Source of the DNA: Candidatus Adlerbacteria bacterium
Lineage (GTDB): Bacteria; Patescibacteriota; Minisyncoccia; Phycocordibacterales; SBAW01
NCBI GenBank assembly: GCA_963749085.1
Contig: CAVVLG010000002.1
Location: 370,085 to 434,084, forward strand
Length of the DNA: 64,000 nt
Reading direction: 5' to 3'
The notes beneath the pieces were generated by a model. It saw only the letters and a program-made list of their open reading frames with translations, did not search any database and was not told the DNA's origin. Shown here piece after piece: positions 8,880-19,418 of the stretch. The translations under genes were made by a program, and so were the position numbers. Within the stretch, counting starts at the first letter, position 1; each line of letters starts with the position of its first letter.

Positions 8880-11399
8880 TCAATGTTTGAGTGCTTGAAG
8901 GCTCTGCCCCTGCTGACCTTTTTTACTCATATTTGCTTGATGTTCAGGTGTATTCAAGGCGCCACAACGCTTCCATTTTTTACCGGAACCGCAGGGACAG
9001 GGGTCGTTACGTCCTATTTCGCGCTGACCTCCTTTCGCATCGGGAACCTGCAGCGTGATGACCGGCGTTTGCTGATGTGAGGCTATCGGTGCGTTGGAGA
9101 TTTTCTCCTTAGTGAGGCCTCCAATAAGCTCAAACACCCGCGCTACGAGCAGCATCTCCATCTCTTTGTAGATCCGGGTGCCTTCTTTGCGGTACTCCAC
9201 GAGAGGATCTCGCTGGCCGTAGGCGCGCAGATTAACCGAACCGCGCAAATATTCCATGGACTCCAAATGCTCCACCCACAGCAAGTCGAGTGTTTGAAGT
9301 ACGATGGTACGTGTGACGGCGAGCAACTGTTCCTGCCCGAGTTCTTCTTCTTTTTTGGTGATGAGCTCGCGCGCTTCTTCATTCTCTCCCGCCAAATCAG
9401 CGAGCACCGCCGCCACATCCTCGGGCGTGCCGGTGAGTATGGTATTGCGACGCGCATAAATGGCGCGTCGCTGCTTGTCTAACACGTTATCGTATTCGAG
9501 CACATGCTTGCGCGCGTCGAAATTAAAACCCTCTATTTTCGTCTGCGCGTTTTCAAGGGCGCGCGTGACCATCGAATTTTCAATGGGTTCGTCCTCCGGG
9601 ATGCCGAACCGGCCCATCAGATTCTTGATGGTGTCGGAGGCGAACACCCGCATCAGATTATCTTCAAGCGACACGAAGAAGCGTGTCTCCCCCGCATCTC
9701 CCTGGCGGCCCGAGCGGCCGCGCAGCTGGTTGTCGATGCGCCGCGCCTCGTGGCGCTCGGTGCCGAGCACGTAGAGTCCGCCGAGCGATTTTACTTCTTC
9801 GTATTGTTCAGGAGAGGCCATGGCGCCCCCGAGCTTGATATCAACCCCGCGGCCAGCCATATTGGTCGCGACGGTGACTTTCCCCTTGTGCCCCGCCGAG
9901 GCGACAATTTCGCCCTCACGTTCGTGGTTTTTAGCATTAAGGATCTCGTGTGGAACGCCCTCGCGTTTTAAATACGCGGAGAGCAGTTCATTTTTCTCGA
10001 TGGAGACCGTGCCGATGAGCACCGGCTGTCCTTTGTCGTGCAAGGCTTTGACCGTGCGGGCGATAGCGGCGAACTTGCCGTTCTCGGTTTGAAAGATAAG
10101 GTCGTTGTCGTCCTTGCGGGTGACCTCCCGGTTGGTCGGTATATCGACCACCTCAAGCCCGTAGACCTTGTAGAACTCCTCGGCGGAGGTTTTTGCGGTG
10201 CCGGTCATGCCGGAGAGCTTGTCGTAGAGCCTGAAATAATTCTGATAGGTTATCGAGGCGAATGTGCGCGATTCCTTTTGCACCGCGACTCCCTCCTTGG
10301 CTTCAATAGCCTGATGGAGTCCCTCACTCCAGCGGCGCCCGGGCTGGAGGCGCCCTGTAAATTCATCGACAATGATGACTTCCCCGCCTTTGACCACATA
10401 CTCCTTGTCGCGACGAAAGAGCGCTTTGGCGCGCACCGCGGTCTCCAGGTGGTGAACATATTTTATTCCTTTTTCGGTATAGATATTGTCGATGCCAAGC
10501 AACGTCTCGGCATGTTCGATACCTTGGTCGGTCAGCTGTATCGCTTTCAGCTTTTCATCGACGGTAAAATCCTCTTCAGGTTTGAGCTGCGAGGCGATGC
10601 GCGCGAAGGTACGATAGAGATCTTCGGACTCCTGTGTGGGCGCGGAGATGATAAGCGGGGTACGGGCCTCATCGATGAGGATAGAGTCTATCTCGTCGAC
10701 GATGGCGTAGGCGTGTCCCCGTTGGCGCAGGTCCTCCGGCTTATAGGAAATGTTGTCGCGCAGGTAATCGAAGCCAAATTCCGAGTTGGTGCCGTAGGTG
10801 ATGTCGGCCTCGTACGCTTCTCGCCTCGTTGAGGGCCGCAAAAATTCGTAAAAAATCCTGAAGCTCCCTTCTTCGTCGCGCATGGCGTCCACCTCCTTGT
10901 GCCCTGGGTCGTAACGGTACGACTCGTTGCCGTTGATGACGCCGACCGAGAGACCGAGGGCGGCATATACCTGTCCCATCCATACCGCGTCGCGGCGCGC
11001 AAGATAATCGTTAACCGTGACCACATGCACGCCTCTATTGGTAAGCGCGTTGAGGTAGGCCGGCAGCGTGGCGACGAGTGTTTTGCCCTCGCCGGTCTTC
11101 ATCTCCGCGATGCCGCGGTTGTGGAGCACGTAGCCGCCGATAAGCTGCACGTCAAAAGGCCGAAGCTTCACCGTGCGGGCGGCAACCTCCCGCACCGCCG
11201 CGAACGCCTCAGGGAGTATATCCTCAAGGGTATCGCCCGCGGACAGGCGGTTGCGAAAGTGGTGGGTTTTCTCCCTGAGCGCTTCATCGCTGAGACGGCG
11301 ATATTCCTCCTCAAGCGTATTCACTGCCTCAACCACGGGCGCTGCGGCCTTCAACATAGCAGAGGAGGGGTCCCCGAAGAGGCTTTTGAACGAAAACAT
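8880..11399 (-). CDS. secA: Preprotein translocase ATPase SecA
   Basis: ORF 8880..11459 (859 aa); canonical N-terminus MFSFKSLFGDPSSAMLK begins at ATG 11399; DEAD motor, C-terminal Zn finger CPCGSGKKWKRC. Confidence 0.95.
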   Translation of the reverse strand: MFSFKSLFGDPSSAMLKAAAPVVEAVNTLEEEYRRLSDEALREKTHHFRNRLSAGDTLEDILPEAFAAVREVAARTVKLRPFDVQLIGGYVLHNRGIAEMKTGEGKTLVATLPAYLNALTNRGVHVVTVNDYLARRDAVWMGQVYAALGLSVGVINGNESYRYDPGHKEVDAMRDEEGSFRIFYEFLRPSTRREAYEADITYGTNSEFGFDYLRDNISYKPEDLRQRGHAYAIVDEIDSILIDEARTPLIISAPTQESEDLYRTFARIASQLKPEEDFTVDEKLKAIQLTDQGIEHAETLLGIDNIYTEKGIKYVHHLETAVRAKALFRRDKEYVVKGGEVIIVDEFTGRLQPGRRWSEGLHQAIEAKEGVAVQKESRTFASITYQNYFRLYDKLSGMTGTAKTSAEEFYKVYGLEVVDIPTNREVTRKDDNDLIFQTENGKFAAIARTVKALHDKGQPVLIGTVSIEKNELLSAYLKREGVPHEILNAKNHEREGEIVASAGHKGKVTVATNMAGRGVDIKLGGAMASPEQYEEVKSLGGLYVLGTERHEARRIDNQLRGRSGRQGDAGETRFFVSLEDNLMRVFASDTIKNLMGRFGIPEDEPIENSMVTRALENAQTKIEGFNFDARKHVLEYDNVLDKQRRAIYARRNTILTGTPEDVAAVLADLAGENEEARELITKKEEELGQEQLLAVTRTIVLQTLDLLWVEHLESMEYLRGSVNLRAYGQRDPLVEYRKEGTRIYKEMEMLLVARVFELIGGLTKEKISNAPIASHQQTPVITLQVPDAKGGQREIGRNDPCPCGSGKKWKRCGALNTPEHQANMSKKGQQGQSLQALKH

Positions 11400-11720
11400 G
11401 GTGAGCGCAGAATACCATACCAAAGCGTTATCGTATAGAAAAATCCCCCTGGAGTTCACACCCAGCGGGATTTTTCTTTCGAGAGGATCGCTTCGAGAAA
11501 AAGCTCGAAGCGATGACGCGGTTAGCGTCTCTTCTTCTTTGCTGCTTTCTTTTTCTTTGCCATAATGTTAGCGACTGAAGTCGCAATTGGACTGTGCATC
11601 GTTCGACCGTACTCCTCGCGCGCCCTAGGACGACACGCAAGCACATCTCGATGCCCTATCTACAAGTATCGGATACCAGTTCTGCAATTACAATGAACAT
11701 TCGAGCGCCACTGTGGATAA

Positions 11721-12740
11721 CTAAACAATTCTCACTTCGGGTTCTATGTCGATTCCTATTTTCTCTCGTACTTCCCTTTGTACTCTCTGGGCAAGCTCGC
11801 GCACGTCGCTTGCCGTGCAATTTTTTTGCGCAACAATGACCAAAAATTGTTTTTCGTACATTCTCGCGCCTCCGACCTTGAACGCTCGCGCGTCCATGAC
11901 GCCATGGCGATAATCAAGGAGCCACCCGAGCGGAATTTTTATGTCCGACGACTCAGGCAAGGTGAATATCGGCATCGTAGGAAAGCGCGTCTGGAGCGTA
12001 CGGGCCGCCGCCCTAGGCATAACCGGGTTTTTAAAGAAGGAACCGGCCGTGCCTTCAAGGGCAAGGTCGGGAAATTTATTCGTACGAATGACGAGAACGG
12101 CTTCGCGTATGGCATTGAGATCCAAAGAAGAGTCGCTGAAGAACTCCTTGAGGTCTCGGTACGAGAGATTGGGTTTTGGGGCACGAGAAAGGCTGAGGGC
12201 AGCGCGCAACACGATGTGCCTCCCGCCATCATGCTTGAAAAAACTGTCGCGATACCCCAGTGCACACGCGTGTGCCGATAGTTTTTTAATTTCACCATCC
12301 TCCGAATCCAACACTTCCACCCACGAAAGCACGTCGGAGAGGGCCGCGCCATACGCGCCGATGTTTTGCACCACGGCACCACCAACCGAACCCGGTATGC
12401 CTGAGAGATTTTCGATGCCCCAGAGATTTTCCGCAATGGCACGCTCAGCAACGGTGTCCCACTGCTCGCCTGCTCCGGCGATAAGAGCTGCCGACGTATC
12501 GCTTGCTTCAATCGTAATCCCTTTCAATTCAATTTTAATGACCAGACCTTCGAAGTCTTCGTCCGGCAAGAGTACATTAGAGCCTCCACCGAGCACCAAT
12601 ACCTTTACATCATTCGTACGCACAAACTCGAACGCTTTTTTTAAAGCGAGGAGCGTATTCGCACGGACAAAAAAACGCGCCGATCCACCGATATGAAACG
12701 TCGTCAACGGGGCGAGCGGCACCTGTTCCTGCATCTCCAT
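11721..12740 (-). CDS. murB: UDP-N-acetylenolpyruvoylglucosamine reductase MurB
   Basis: ORF 11721..12794; LAPLTTFHIGGSARFFV FAD-binding N-terminus, GGGSNVLL; likely start at internal Met (MEMQEQ) ~12740. Confidence 0.85.
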   Translation of the reverse strand: MEMQEQVPLAPLTTFHIGGSARFFVRANTLLALKKAFEFVRTNDVKVLVLGGGSNVLLPDEDFEGLVIKIELKGITIEASDTSAALIAGAGEQWDTVAERAIAENLWGIENLSGIPGSVGGAVVQNIGAYGAALSDVLSWVEVLDSEDGEIKKLSAHACALGYRDSFFKHDGGRHIVLRAALSLSRAPKPNLSYRDLKEFFSDSSLDLNAIREAVLVIRTNKFPDLALEGTAGSFFKNPVMPRAAARTLQTRFPTMPIFTLPESSDIKIPLGWLLDYRHGVMDARAFKVGGARMYEKQFLVIVAQKNCTASDVRELAQRVQREVREKIGIDIEPEVRIV

Positions 12741-12944
12741 TTTTCTATTGTACTCACGTTGTGCCCCGAACGGGAAGCGGATGCGAAGCTCCAAAACATT
12801 GTCCTAATGTGAGTGCACCGCTCCCCGCTCGAAGCGCACCACGCCAGTATACCGCACACACAAAGTCTCCTCTTGCGAGGAGACTTTGTACGGACAATGT
12901 CAGCGGAACTTACGCCCTGCTCACATGCCTTTCAGTATATCACC

Positions 12945-15194
12945 TTAAGGCTTGAGCGTCCCGGCGTTTATTTGGCTGACGAAAGATTGTATTTGGGTGG
13001 CGAGGCTTGGGTTGGCGGCGGCTGCCTGATTGAGCTGCGTTATGGCCTGCTGTTTGTTGCCGTTGACGAAATAGGTGGTAATAGCCTGTCCGACCATCGC
13101 CTGCACGTTGGTTGGATCCGTCTGAAGCTCCTGTCCATAAATGGCAGAGAGGCGGGAGTACTGCTTGGTATCGAAGTATGCCTGCATAATTGTCTGATTA
13201 TTCACATCCACTGTGCCGAAGCTCTGCATCAAAATAGCGTCTCCGGCGCTATCCTCCCCGGCGTAGTAGAGCGCTGCGGCATAGTACGCGGCCGCATCGG
13301 AGTAGCTGGTGTCTTCGTTGTAGGCTTGCTCAAACGGGGGCAACGCATCTTTGACGTCACCTTCCGCAAGGTAGGTCGAGCCTATTTCAAAGAGTATTTG
13401 CTGTTTGTTCGGAGAATCTGCGAGCGACTCCTCTAGATACGTCAGCGCCTGCGGATATTGGTCGAATTGATCAAGGAATACGCCGTAGAAAAGCTCCAAT
13501 CGTGCGTCATGCGGGCGCTGCGTTAGAAGCGCGTTGCCCGCCTGCTCCGTGAGTGTGAAAGCCTGTTGTTTGAGATCCGGGCTCACCGACGTGGAAGCCG
13601 CGATGTTGTTTGAGGAGAACTGGAAGAGCTGCTCGACGGTTTCCTGGTACCCGAGGTACGGCCCGTAGGAAAGCGCCTGTTGAAATGCGGCGAGATTGAC
13701 GCTTGGGTCCACTGCCGCTCCCGTGTTGGGATCCTGGGTCGAGAGTGCGGTGATAAGGGTCTGGGCGCGTGCGATACCGGGACCGTTGAGATACCACCCT
13801 CCCCACACTAAGAGCACAAGCAGAATGGGGGCAGCAACAGCGACAGCTTTATCACCCAAGGGTTTCGACATGAACATCCAGCCAGGTGGCCGTTTGTAAG
13901 AGAGTCCGTGTATGAACGCCAGAATCAGATAGAAGTACAGATAACTTCCCAGGTTATCGAACACCGTCATGTTATTGGCGGCGTATGCCGCCAAAAGGCC
14001 TATGAGTATCGCCTGCTCGACGATATCAAGATCGCTTTTCCATACGATCCACACTGCAAACGCAAACGTGGCAACATAGAGAAGAAGCGCGGGCAACCCG
14101 CCGTCTATAGTCCAGTCGATGAATTGGTTGTGTGCGCGGTCAAACCACTGCTCCTGGGCGTACATCGCCGGATTGTAGTATTTATTGAAGACAAAATTGA
14201 AATTCTCCTGACCCCACCCGAGAAGTACGGTCTTGGGACTCTGTTTGAAGCCATCCCACGCCTCGCCCCAGATAATGAGTCGTGCCTGCGCCGTGTCGTC
14301 AGTGAGCGACAAAGAAGCGTAGCGCTGGAGGGTCGGAGAGTTTTGTACGAATGAAGTGTTGCGTACCCCGATAAATATCAGCAGGATGACGACGATGACT
14401 CCGATGCCGCCGAGCGCCCAGTTGCGTATGGTCTTTGCGTGCGATCCTTTGCCCAGGAATGCTATGTATAGGCCTGCAATGATGAGACCGCCGATAACTC
14501 CGAGAAGGGCACCTCTCGTCTCAGTGAACATAAGTGTCGAAAACTGAAGCACGAGCGCGATGCCGTAGAGCCACCAGGCCGTTTTTGATTTGCGCTCATC
14601 ATAGAGGAGATAGAGCGTAATGAATATCTGAAACAGCATGTATACCGCAAGGTAAATGGCGTTGCCGAAGGTCGTGTCGGCACGCGGACCGCTCTGGGAG
14701 CTCGGTTGCAATCCGAAAATATGAAATACCTGCATAAGCCCGTAGATGCCCATGATATAGCTTGCGGCCACCGAAACCTGGAAGAGCTTCTTCCACCAAT
14801 TTTCGGCAGTGAGTACTGCCCCGGCGATAAGAAAGAGAGCATACATGTGAATGAGCGTGATGTAGCCGTCCATGCGCTCGAAGTTGCTCCAAAAACTTTT
14901 GACCGGGTCAACGCTGAAAATAGTGGCGACCGCCATCCACAGCACGAAGAGGCTGAGTGTCCACATCAGAAGCGAGGAGCGCGGACGATACTTCGGCTCA
15001 CGAATAGCCAGGAGCACGTAGAGCGCGAACATGATTTCTATCAGGATGCGCAGCGCGAAATTCTTGCCCGTGATGTAGGGGAAGAACATATTGATACCAA
15101 GAGAATGAATCCCATCGGCCACGATAAAGACAGTAAAGAGGGTGAGGCACAGTCCGGTAATAAGTGCCCATCGAAGCCACTTCGTATATTCCAT
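12945..15194 (-). CDS. O-antigen-ligase-like (Wzy_C-type) polytopic membrane protein with C-terminal TPR-repeat domain
   Basis: 749 aa; ~12 predicted TM helices in N-terminal 450 aa, C-terminal TPR-like repeats (LATQIQSF..., AAYYAAALYYAGED...). Confidence 0.55.
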   Translation of the reverse strand: MEYTKWLRWALITGLCLTLFTVFIVADGIHSLGINMFFPYITGKNFALRILIEIMFALYVLLAIREPKYRPRSSLLMWTLSLFVLWMAVATIFSVDPVKSFWSNFERMDGYITLIHMYALFLIAGAVLTAENWWKKLFQVSVAASYIMGIYGLMQVFHIFGLQPSSQSGPRADTTFGNAIYLAVYMLFQIFITLYLLYDERKSKTAWWLYGIALVLQFSTLMFTETRGALLGVIGGLIIAGLYIAFLGKGSHAKTIRNWALGGIGVIVVILLIFIGVRNTSFVQNSPTLQRYASLSLTDDTAQARLIIWGEAWDGFKQSPKTVLLGWGQENFNFVFNKYYNPAMYAQEQWFDRAHNQFIDWTIDGGLPALLLYVATFAFAVWIVWKSDLDIVEQAILIGLLAAYAANNMTVFDNLGSYLYFYLILAFIHGLSYKRPPGWMFMSKPLGDKAVAVAAPILLVLLVWGGWYLNGPGIARAQTLITALSTQDPNTGAAVDPSVNLAAFQQALSYGPYLGYQETVEQLFQFSSNNIAASTSVSPDLKQQAFTLTEQAGNALLTQRPHDARLELFYGVFLDQFDQYPQALTYLEESLADSPNKQQILFEIGSTYLAEGDVKDALPPFEQAYNEDTSYSDAAAYYAAALYYAGEDSAGDAILMQSFGTVDVNNQTIMQAYFDTKQYSRLSAIYGQELQTDPTNVQAMVGQAITTYFVNGNKQQAITQLNQAAAANPSLATQIQSFVSQINAGTLKP

Positions 15195-15203
15195 ATAAAA
15201 AGA

Positions 15204-16265
15204 CTATACCACAGAGCCTGATTTTTTCGCGCGTGCTGGAAGGTCGGATAACTTCGCCGCAATGGCGGCAAAAATGGTCTCATCCGAAAGGTCATAGACG
15301 CAGCGGCGGTATGGTTTACCGTCTTCAAACACCTCGCACCGCTTCCCCGGCTGGCCGCACACGCAATTTTTTTTCTCCCATATAAGGAGCGCATTCGGAT
15401 TGTAGCTCGGCAGCCACATTGGCTCCTTCTGCTGGGCGAGGATGATACTGGGTGCTTGGAGTACTCCCGCAATATGCGTAGGACCGGTATCAATGCCGAT
15501 ATAGAGCTTCGCGTGCTCAATGAGGCCGGCGACTTGTCGCAGCGGAAGATTGATGGCAAGGAAGATTTCGGGCTTATTCGCCGCTATCTTTTGCGCTTCT
15601 ACCCGGTCAGCTTCCGCTCCGGTGATAACTAAACCGCACGAAGGATAGCGTTGCCGCAACTCCTGCGCGAGATTTCTCCAGCGCCGCAGAGGCAGTGTTT
15701 TGCGTGTGGACATATGAGGGAAGGGATGCACGACGATGTAGAGTTGTCCCGCGAATGGAAATTCAGGAGGCAGTTCAGAAAGAAACTTCATGCACGGTGG
15801 AGAACCAATGGGCTCAGTCGGCACCGACGCGAGGAGTAGCGCGCGGCGGAGATTATCGATGTAGCGCAGGGAGCGGTCGTGCTCAATGAGGCGGTAGGGA
15901 TGCCACAGGGACTCGTCCTTAAAGCCCACCACTATATCGCCACGCAACCGCAATAGGGCAGCTAGCAGTTTTATGACCAACGGACGGTTTCCCCACGCCG
16001 GCGGGGCTATGACTACTGATTGATGCTTGAGGAGCGGCAGAGCCGCCCTGAGAGCTCCCACGAGCGAATACGGGACGGGAATGACGATAATGTTTGGATA
16101 CGCCGCCGTAAGATCGGCGATAAAGGGTGCATTACGTCGCACCAAATACTGTATGTGCATATCCGGCGTACGGCGAAGAACTTCGGAGAAAAGCGAGACG
16201 ATCATGACGGCGTCCCCGATATGTCCTCCGGTGGGAAGCCAGATGAGATGTTTCTTAGTTCTCAT
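15204..16265 (-). CDS. Glycosyltransferase family 9 (heptosyltransferase-like)
   Basis: ORF 15204..16382; GT9 signature LYIGIDTGPTHIAGVLQAPSIIL; probable start MRTKKHLIWLPTGGHIGDAVM at 16265. Confidence 0.75.
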   Translation of the reverse strand: MRTKKHLIWLPTGGHIGDAVMIVSLFSEVLRRTPDMHIQYLVRRNAPFIADLTAAYPNIIVIPVPYSLVGALRAALPLLKHQSVVIAPPAWGNRPLVIKLLAALLRLRGDIVVGFKDESLWHPYRLIEHDRSLRYIDNLRRALLLASVPTEPIGSPPCMKFLSELPPEFPFAGQLYIVVHPFPHMSTRKTLPLRRWRNLAQELRQRYPSCGLVITGAEADRVEAQKIAANKPEIFLAINLPLRQVAGLIEHAKLYIGIDTGPTHIAGVLQAPSIILAQQKEPMWLPSYNPNALLIWEKKNCVCGQPGKRCEVFEDGKPYRRCVYDLSDETIFAAIAAKLSDLPARAKKSGSVV

Positions 16266-16286
16266 GGGTATGCATGATATCGTACT

Positions 16287-17567
16287 ATGGACTATATGGG
16301 AGAGCGACTGAAAAAAGCCGTGGTGCGTGTCTTGCGCTGGAGTGAGCACTACACCAAAACCGACATGGTGTACCTGGCCCAAGTGGGAGTTTGGACAAAC
16401 CTGAACGTCATTATTTCCTCGGTGCTGGCGCTGGTACTCGCTATTATATTCGCCAATCTTCTGCCTAAAGATGTCTATGGCACCTATCAGTATCTACTGT
16501 CACTTTCCGCACTTCTCGCCGCTATATGTCTTGGCGGCATGCAGCAGGCAGTAGCACAATCAGTAGCACGGGGAAACGAAGGCGACATGCGTGCATCGTT
16601 GCGTGCTCAATTGATATGGGGTCTCGTACCAGCAGGCGTCGGGCTTCTCGGAGCACTGTACTATGCATTGCACAGCAACGAAGTAGTTGCCGTAGGCCTT
16701 GCCGTCATTGCGCTGCTCACGCCTCTTGTCAGCGCCTTTAGCATATACGGCGCGTTCCTAGGTGGCACTCGTCAGTTCAAACGCTTTTTTATATATGGAC
16801 TGATCGCAAACATTGCGTACTATGCAGCCATTTCCATTGCAGTGGTATTTTTTAAAAACGCTGCCGTACTCGTTTTTATCAATCTTGCTGCCAATGCGGT
16901 CGTGAACATCTATCTATACGTCCGAACCCTCAGAGTGTGCAAGCCCAGTGACCGCACCGATCCTCACACCGTGTCCTATGGCGCGCATTTAAGCGTCATG
17001 AACGCTTTCGGAACGGTCATCTCGCAACTCGATTCTGTACTTGTATACCATTTTCTAGGGCCGGTACAGCTTGCGGTATACAGCTTTGCCACCCTTATTC
17101 CAGAGCGCGCCGGCGGCCTGTTCGGATTTATCGGCACAGGGGCTTTACCAAAATTTTCCCAGCGCACGCTCAGGGAAATACAACAATCTATCGTGTGGCA
17201 GACTATTCGTGCGGCACTTCTCGGCGCCGTGGCCTCGCTTGCTTATGTTATTTTGGCGCCGCTTCTTTTTCATCTGCTTTTTCCTAAGTACTTGGACGCC
17301 CTCTCCTACACGCAGTGGTATGCGCCGGTCATATTGCTCATGGCAGCAAATCTGGTGTCGTCAGCCCTCGTGGCGCAGCGCCTAAAAACAGAGCTTTATA
17401 TTACCAGTTTCGTCAATCCTATATTGCTGATTACGCTCCAAGTACCGCTGCTTTTGCTGTATGGCATCTGGGGTATGCTTGTGGCACGAATGGTCACTGA
17501 TTTCGTCGGTATCCTATTAGGATTGTTTCTGTTCTTTAGAAAAGGTGAGGCGAACGGAAGCGCGTAA
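16287..17567 (+). CDS. Polysaccharide flippase (Wzx/MOP superfamily)
   Basis: 426 aa, ~12 TM helices, polysaccharide-biosynthesis-protein architecture; divergent from GT9 gene. Confidence 0.7.
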   Translation: MDYMGERLKKAVVRVLRWSEHYTKTDMVYLAQVGVWTNLNVIISSVLALVLAIIFANLLPKDVYGTYQYLLSLSALLAAICLGGMQQAVAQSVARGNEGDMRASLRAQLIWGLVPAGVGLLGALYYALHSNEVVAVGLAVIALLTPLVSAFSIYGAFLGGTRQFKRFFIYGLIANIAYYAAISIAVVFFKNAAVLVFINLAANAVVNIYLYVRTLRVCKPSDRTDPHTVSYGAHLSVMNAFGTVISQLDSVLVYHFLGPVQLAVYSFATLIPERAGGLFGFIGTGALPKFSQRTLREIQQSIVWQTIRAALLGAVASLAYVILAPLLFHLLFPKYLDALSYTQWYAPVILLMAANLVSSALVAQRLKTELYITSFVNPILLITLQVPLLLLYGIWGMLVARMVTDFVGILLGLFLFFRKGEANGSA

Positions 17568-18398
17568 ATATTCGAGGGCAAAATAACTTGCAAGGAGGGG
17601 ATCGAACGCGCGTAGCGCTATTTTAAAGGAATGAAGGGCCCGGTCGCGTGCGACGCGCGGATGCGCGGCAAAAAACGCCGCATGATCGCGAAAGATGCGC
17701 CGATGGGCCCGCGCGAATGAGGCCGGGTTACGTCGCGCCGCCGTATCGCTTAAATGCTCGCCACTGTGTGACCAATCGATCAAGATAATTTGTCCCGGCA
17801 GGTACCGTATGCCGACGTTATCGCGCCCGACTTTGAGCCACCATTCGCCCTCGAAACCGTTAACATCTTCCTCAAAGAGGTATGCCGGGAAGAGCGTCCA
17901 TTTGAAGACTGGCCGGCCCTCGCTTCCCTTGTGCATGCGCAGGCCCTCGCCGGTCATCAAGGCCTTGTACGAAGGCTCATACCATTTCTCCCCTTCGGCA
18001 AAATTATATCCACCAACAAATTCTCCTTCAGCTGTGCGTATGAGAGTATTAAAACTTAAAATTTGTATATTGGGAGGCGTCTCGGCTATCCCCCGCGCCA
18101 CTATTTCAAGCGCACCCGGCAGAAGCAGATCATCGTCATCAAGCGGCACGACCCACTCTCCTTCACGCAAGGTTCTGAACGCCGCGTTGCGCGCGGCATT
18201 GACGCCGCGGCTTTTGTCGTTATGCACAATCGTAAGGCGCGGATGATTGAGCGATTGAAGATGTTCTCGCGTGCCATCAGTAGAACCATCGTTGATGACC
18301 ACAACGCGATAATTCTCATAGGTCTGGGCAAAAACGCTCTCAAGTGCGCGTTGGAGGAGTACACGACGGTCTTTAGTTGGGATGACGATGACGAGCAT
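17517..18398 (-). CDS. Glycosyltransferase family 2
   Basis: 293 aa; MLVIVIPTKDRRVLLQRALESVFAQTYENYRVVVINDGSTDGT GT2 N-terminus with DxD. Confidence 0.8.
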   Translation of the reverse strand: MLVIVIPTKDRRVLLQRALESVFAQTYENYRVVVINDGSTDGTREHLQSLNHPRLTIVHNDKSRGVNAARNAAFRTLREGEWVVPLDDDDLLLPGALEIVARGIAETPPNIQILSFNTLIRTAEGEFVGGYNFAEGEKWYEPSYKALMTGEGLRMHKGSEGRPVFKWTLFPAYLFEEDVNGFEGEWWLKVGRDNVGIRYLPGQIILIDWSHSGEHLSDTAARRNPASFARAHRRIFRDHAAFFAAHPRVARDRALHSFKIALRAFDPLLASYFALEYLRASVRLTFSKEQKQS

Positions 18399-18431
18399 TG
18401 ACCGTACTATACCAGCATTGCGGGTGTTTTT

Positions 18432-19374
18432 TTAAACCAACAAAATATCAGTGAAGCCTCCTTTTTTCTCAAGTGTTTGATACAAGCGATCGAGTGCGGA
18501 ATCGGACATCTTCACAGGAGTGGGTTCTTTCTCTGATAAGTCATAGTACTGGCTATAGACTGAAATAGCCGTCCGCAAAGCGGAATAGGAGTTCGCTCTC
18601 TCCATACCATACGGCCAAAATTCAATGACCATGGGCACTTTCAATGCGAGAGCATTTCGTGCCCCTTGCAAAATGATGCCTTCGTACCCTTGCGTATCCA
18701 TCCAAATCAAATGTGAGTTCCTTCCTATATCTGGAATGACGGAGTCAAGTGACTCAGAGTTTACGATGACGGTTTGTCTTTGTCCTTCAGAACCGGTTCC
18801 CTTTTCGACACTCACTTTAATCCTATGATCGCCACTGTTATTCGGCGACAACTCGAGCGTAAGCGTCTGTTTTCTATCCCCCAACGCAAGATTGAGGGGG
18901 GTGATTTTATCAGCCAGATCGTTTAAATAAATGTTAGAGACAAGCGCGCGATAATTTCGAGGCTCAGGTTCGATAGCAATAGCGTTCACGATGCATATCC
19001 TCGCTTAACTGCGGCCACGCAAATAGTTCCGATATTGGCGCCGATGTCGATCAATGTATCGGGTTAAACGCTCTACCCTCTAGTAAGGATAGTGCTTTCT
19101 CGAATTTCGAGAATTCGTCGTTACCATACACAAATAGGGGCTTTGAAAGGGCTTTGTCCGAGGTGATGACTACAAAGCTCTCGAATCCTCGATCGGCGAG
19201 CAAAAATTCATGGCTTCTGCTTGCACTGTCGAAGCGCGCACGTCGAAACAATGAATAGTCAAATTTATTCGCAAGAGAGAACACTGCGGACAACAAAGTA
19301 TCGGTGATCGTGTAAAAGTAAATTCCGAATCTTGCCCGGATGGTAGCAATCCTGCCTTTGGTAATACTTAACAC
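18432..19374 (-). pseudogene. FkbM-family methyltransferase disrupted by two closely spaced frameshifts
   Basis: Three consecutive frames on minus strand encode N-part (19374..19051, ends ...EGRAFNPIH*), the signature segment DTLIDIGANIGTICVAAVKRGYAS* (19063..18989, +1 frame) and the C-part NAIAIEPEPRNYRAL...(18989..18432, GTG start in track). Confidence 0.55.
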
Positions 19375-19418
19375 GTGCTGTATTATACCTTAACTACCTA
19401 CAGTCGCCGATATTTTAC

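Noticed and set aside
9143-11646. Numerous plus/minus ORFs inside secA (for example 10038..10832 +, 10899..11438 +)
   Set aside because: Antisense or out-of-frame ORFs within a confidently identified 2.5-kb secA gene.
12813-13436. 207-aa plus-strand ORF
   Set aside because: Entirely antisense to the O-antigen-ligase/TPR gene; no domain signal.
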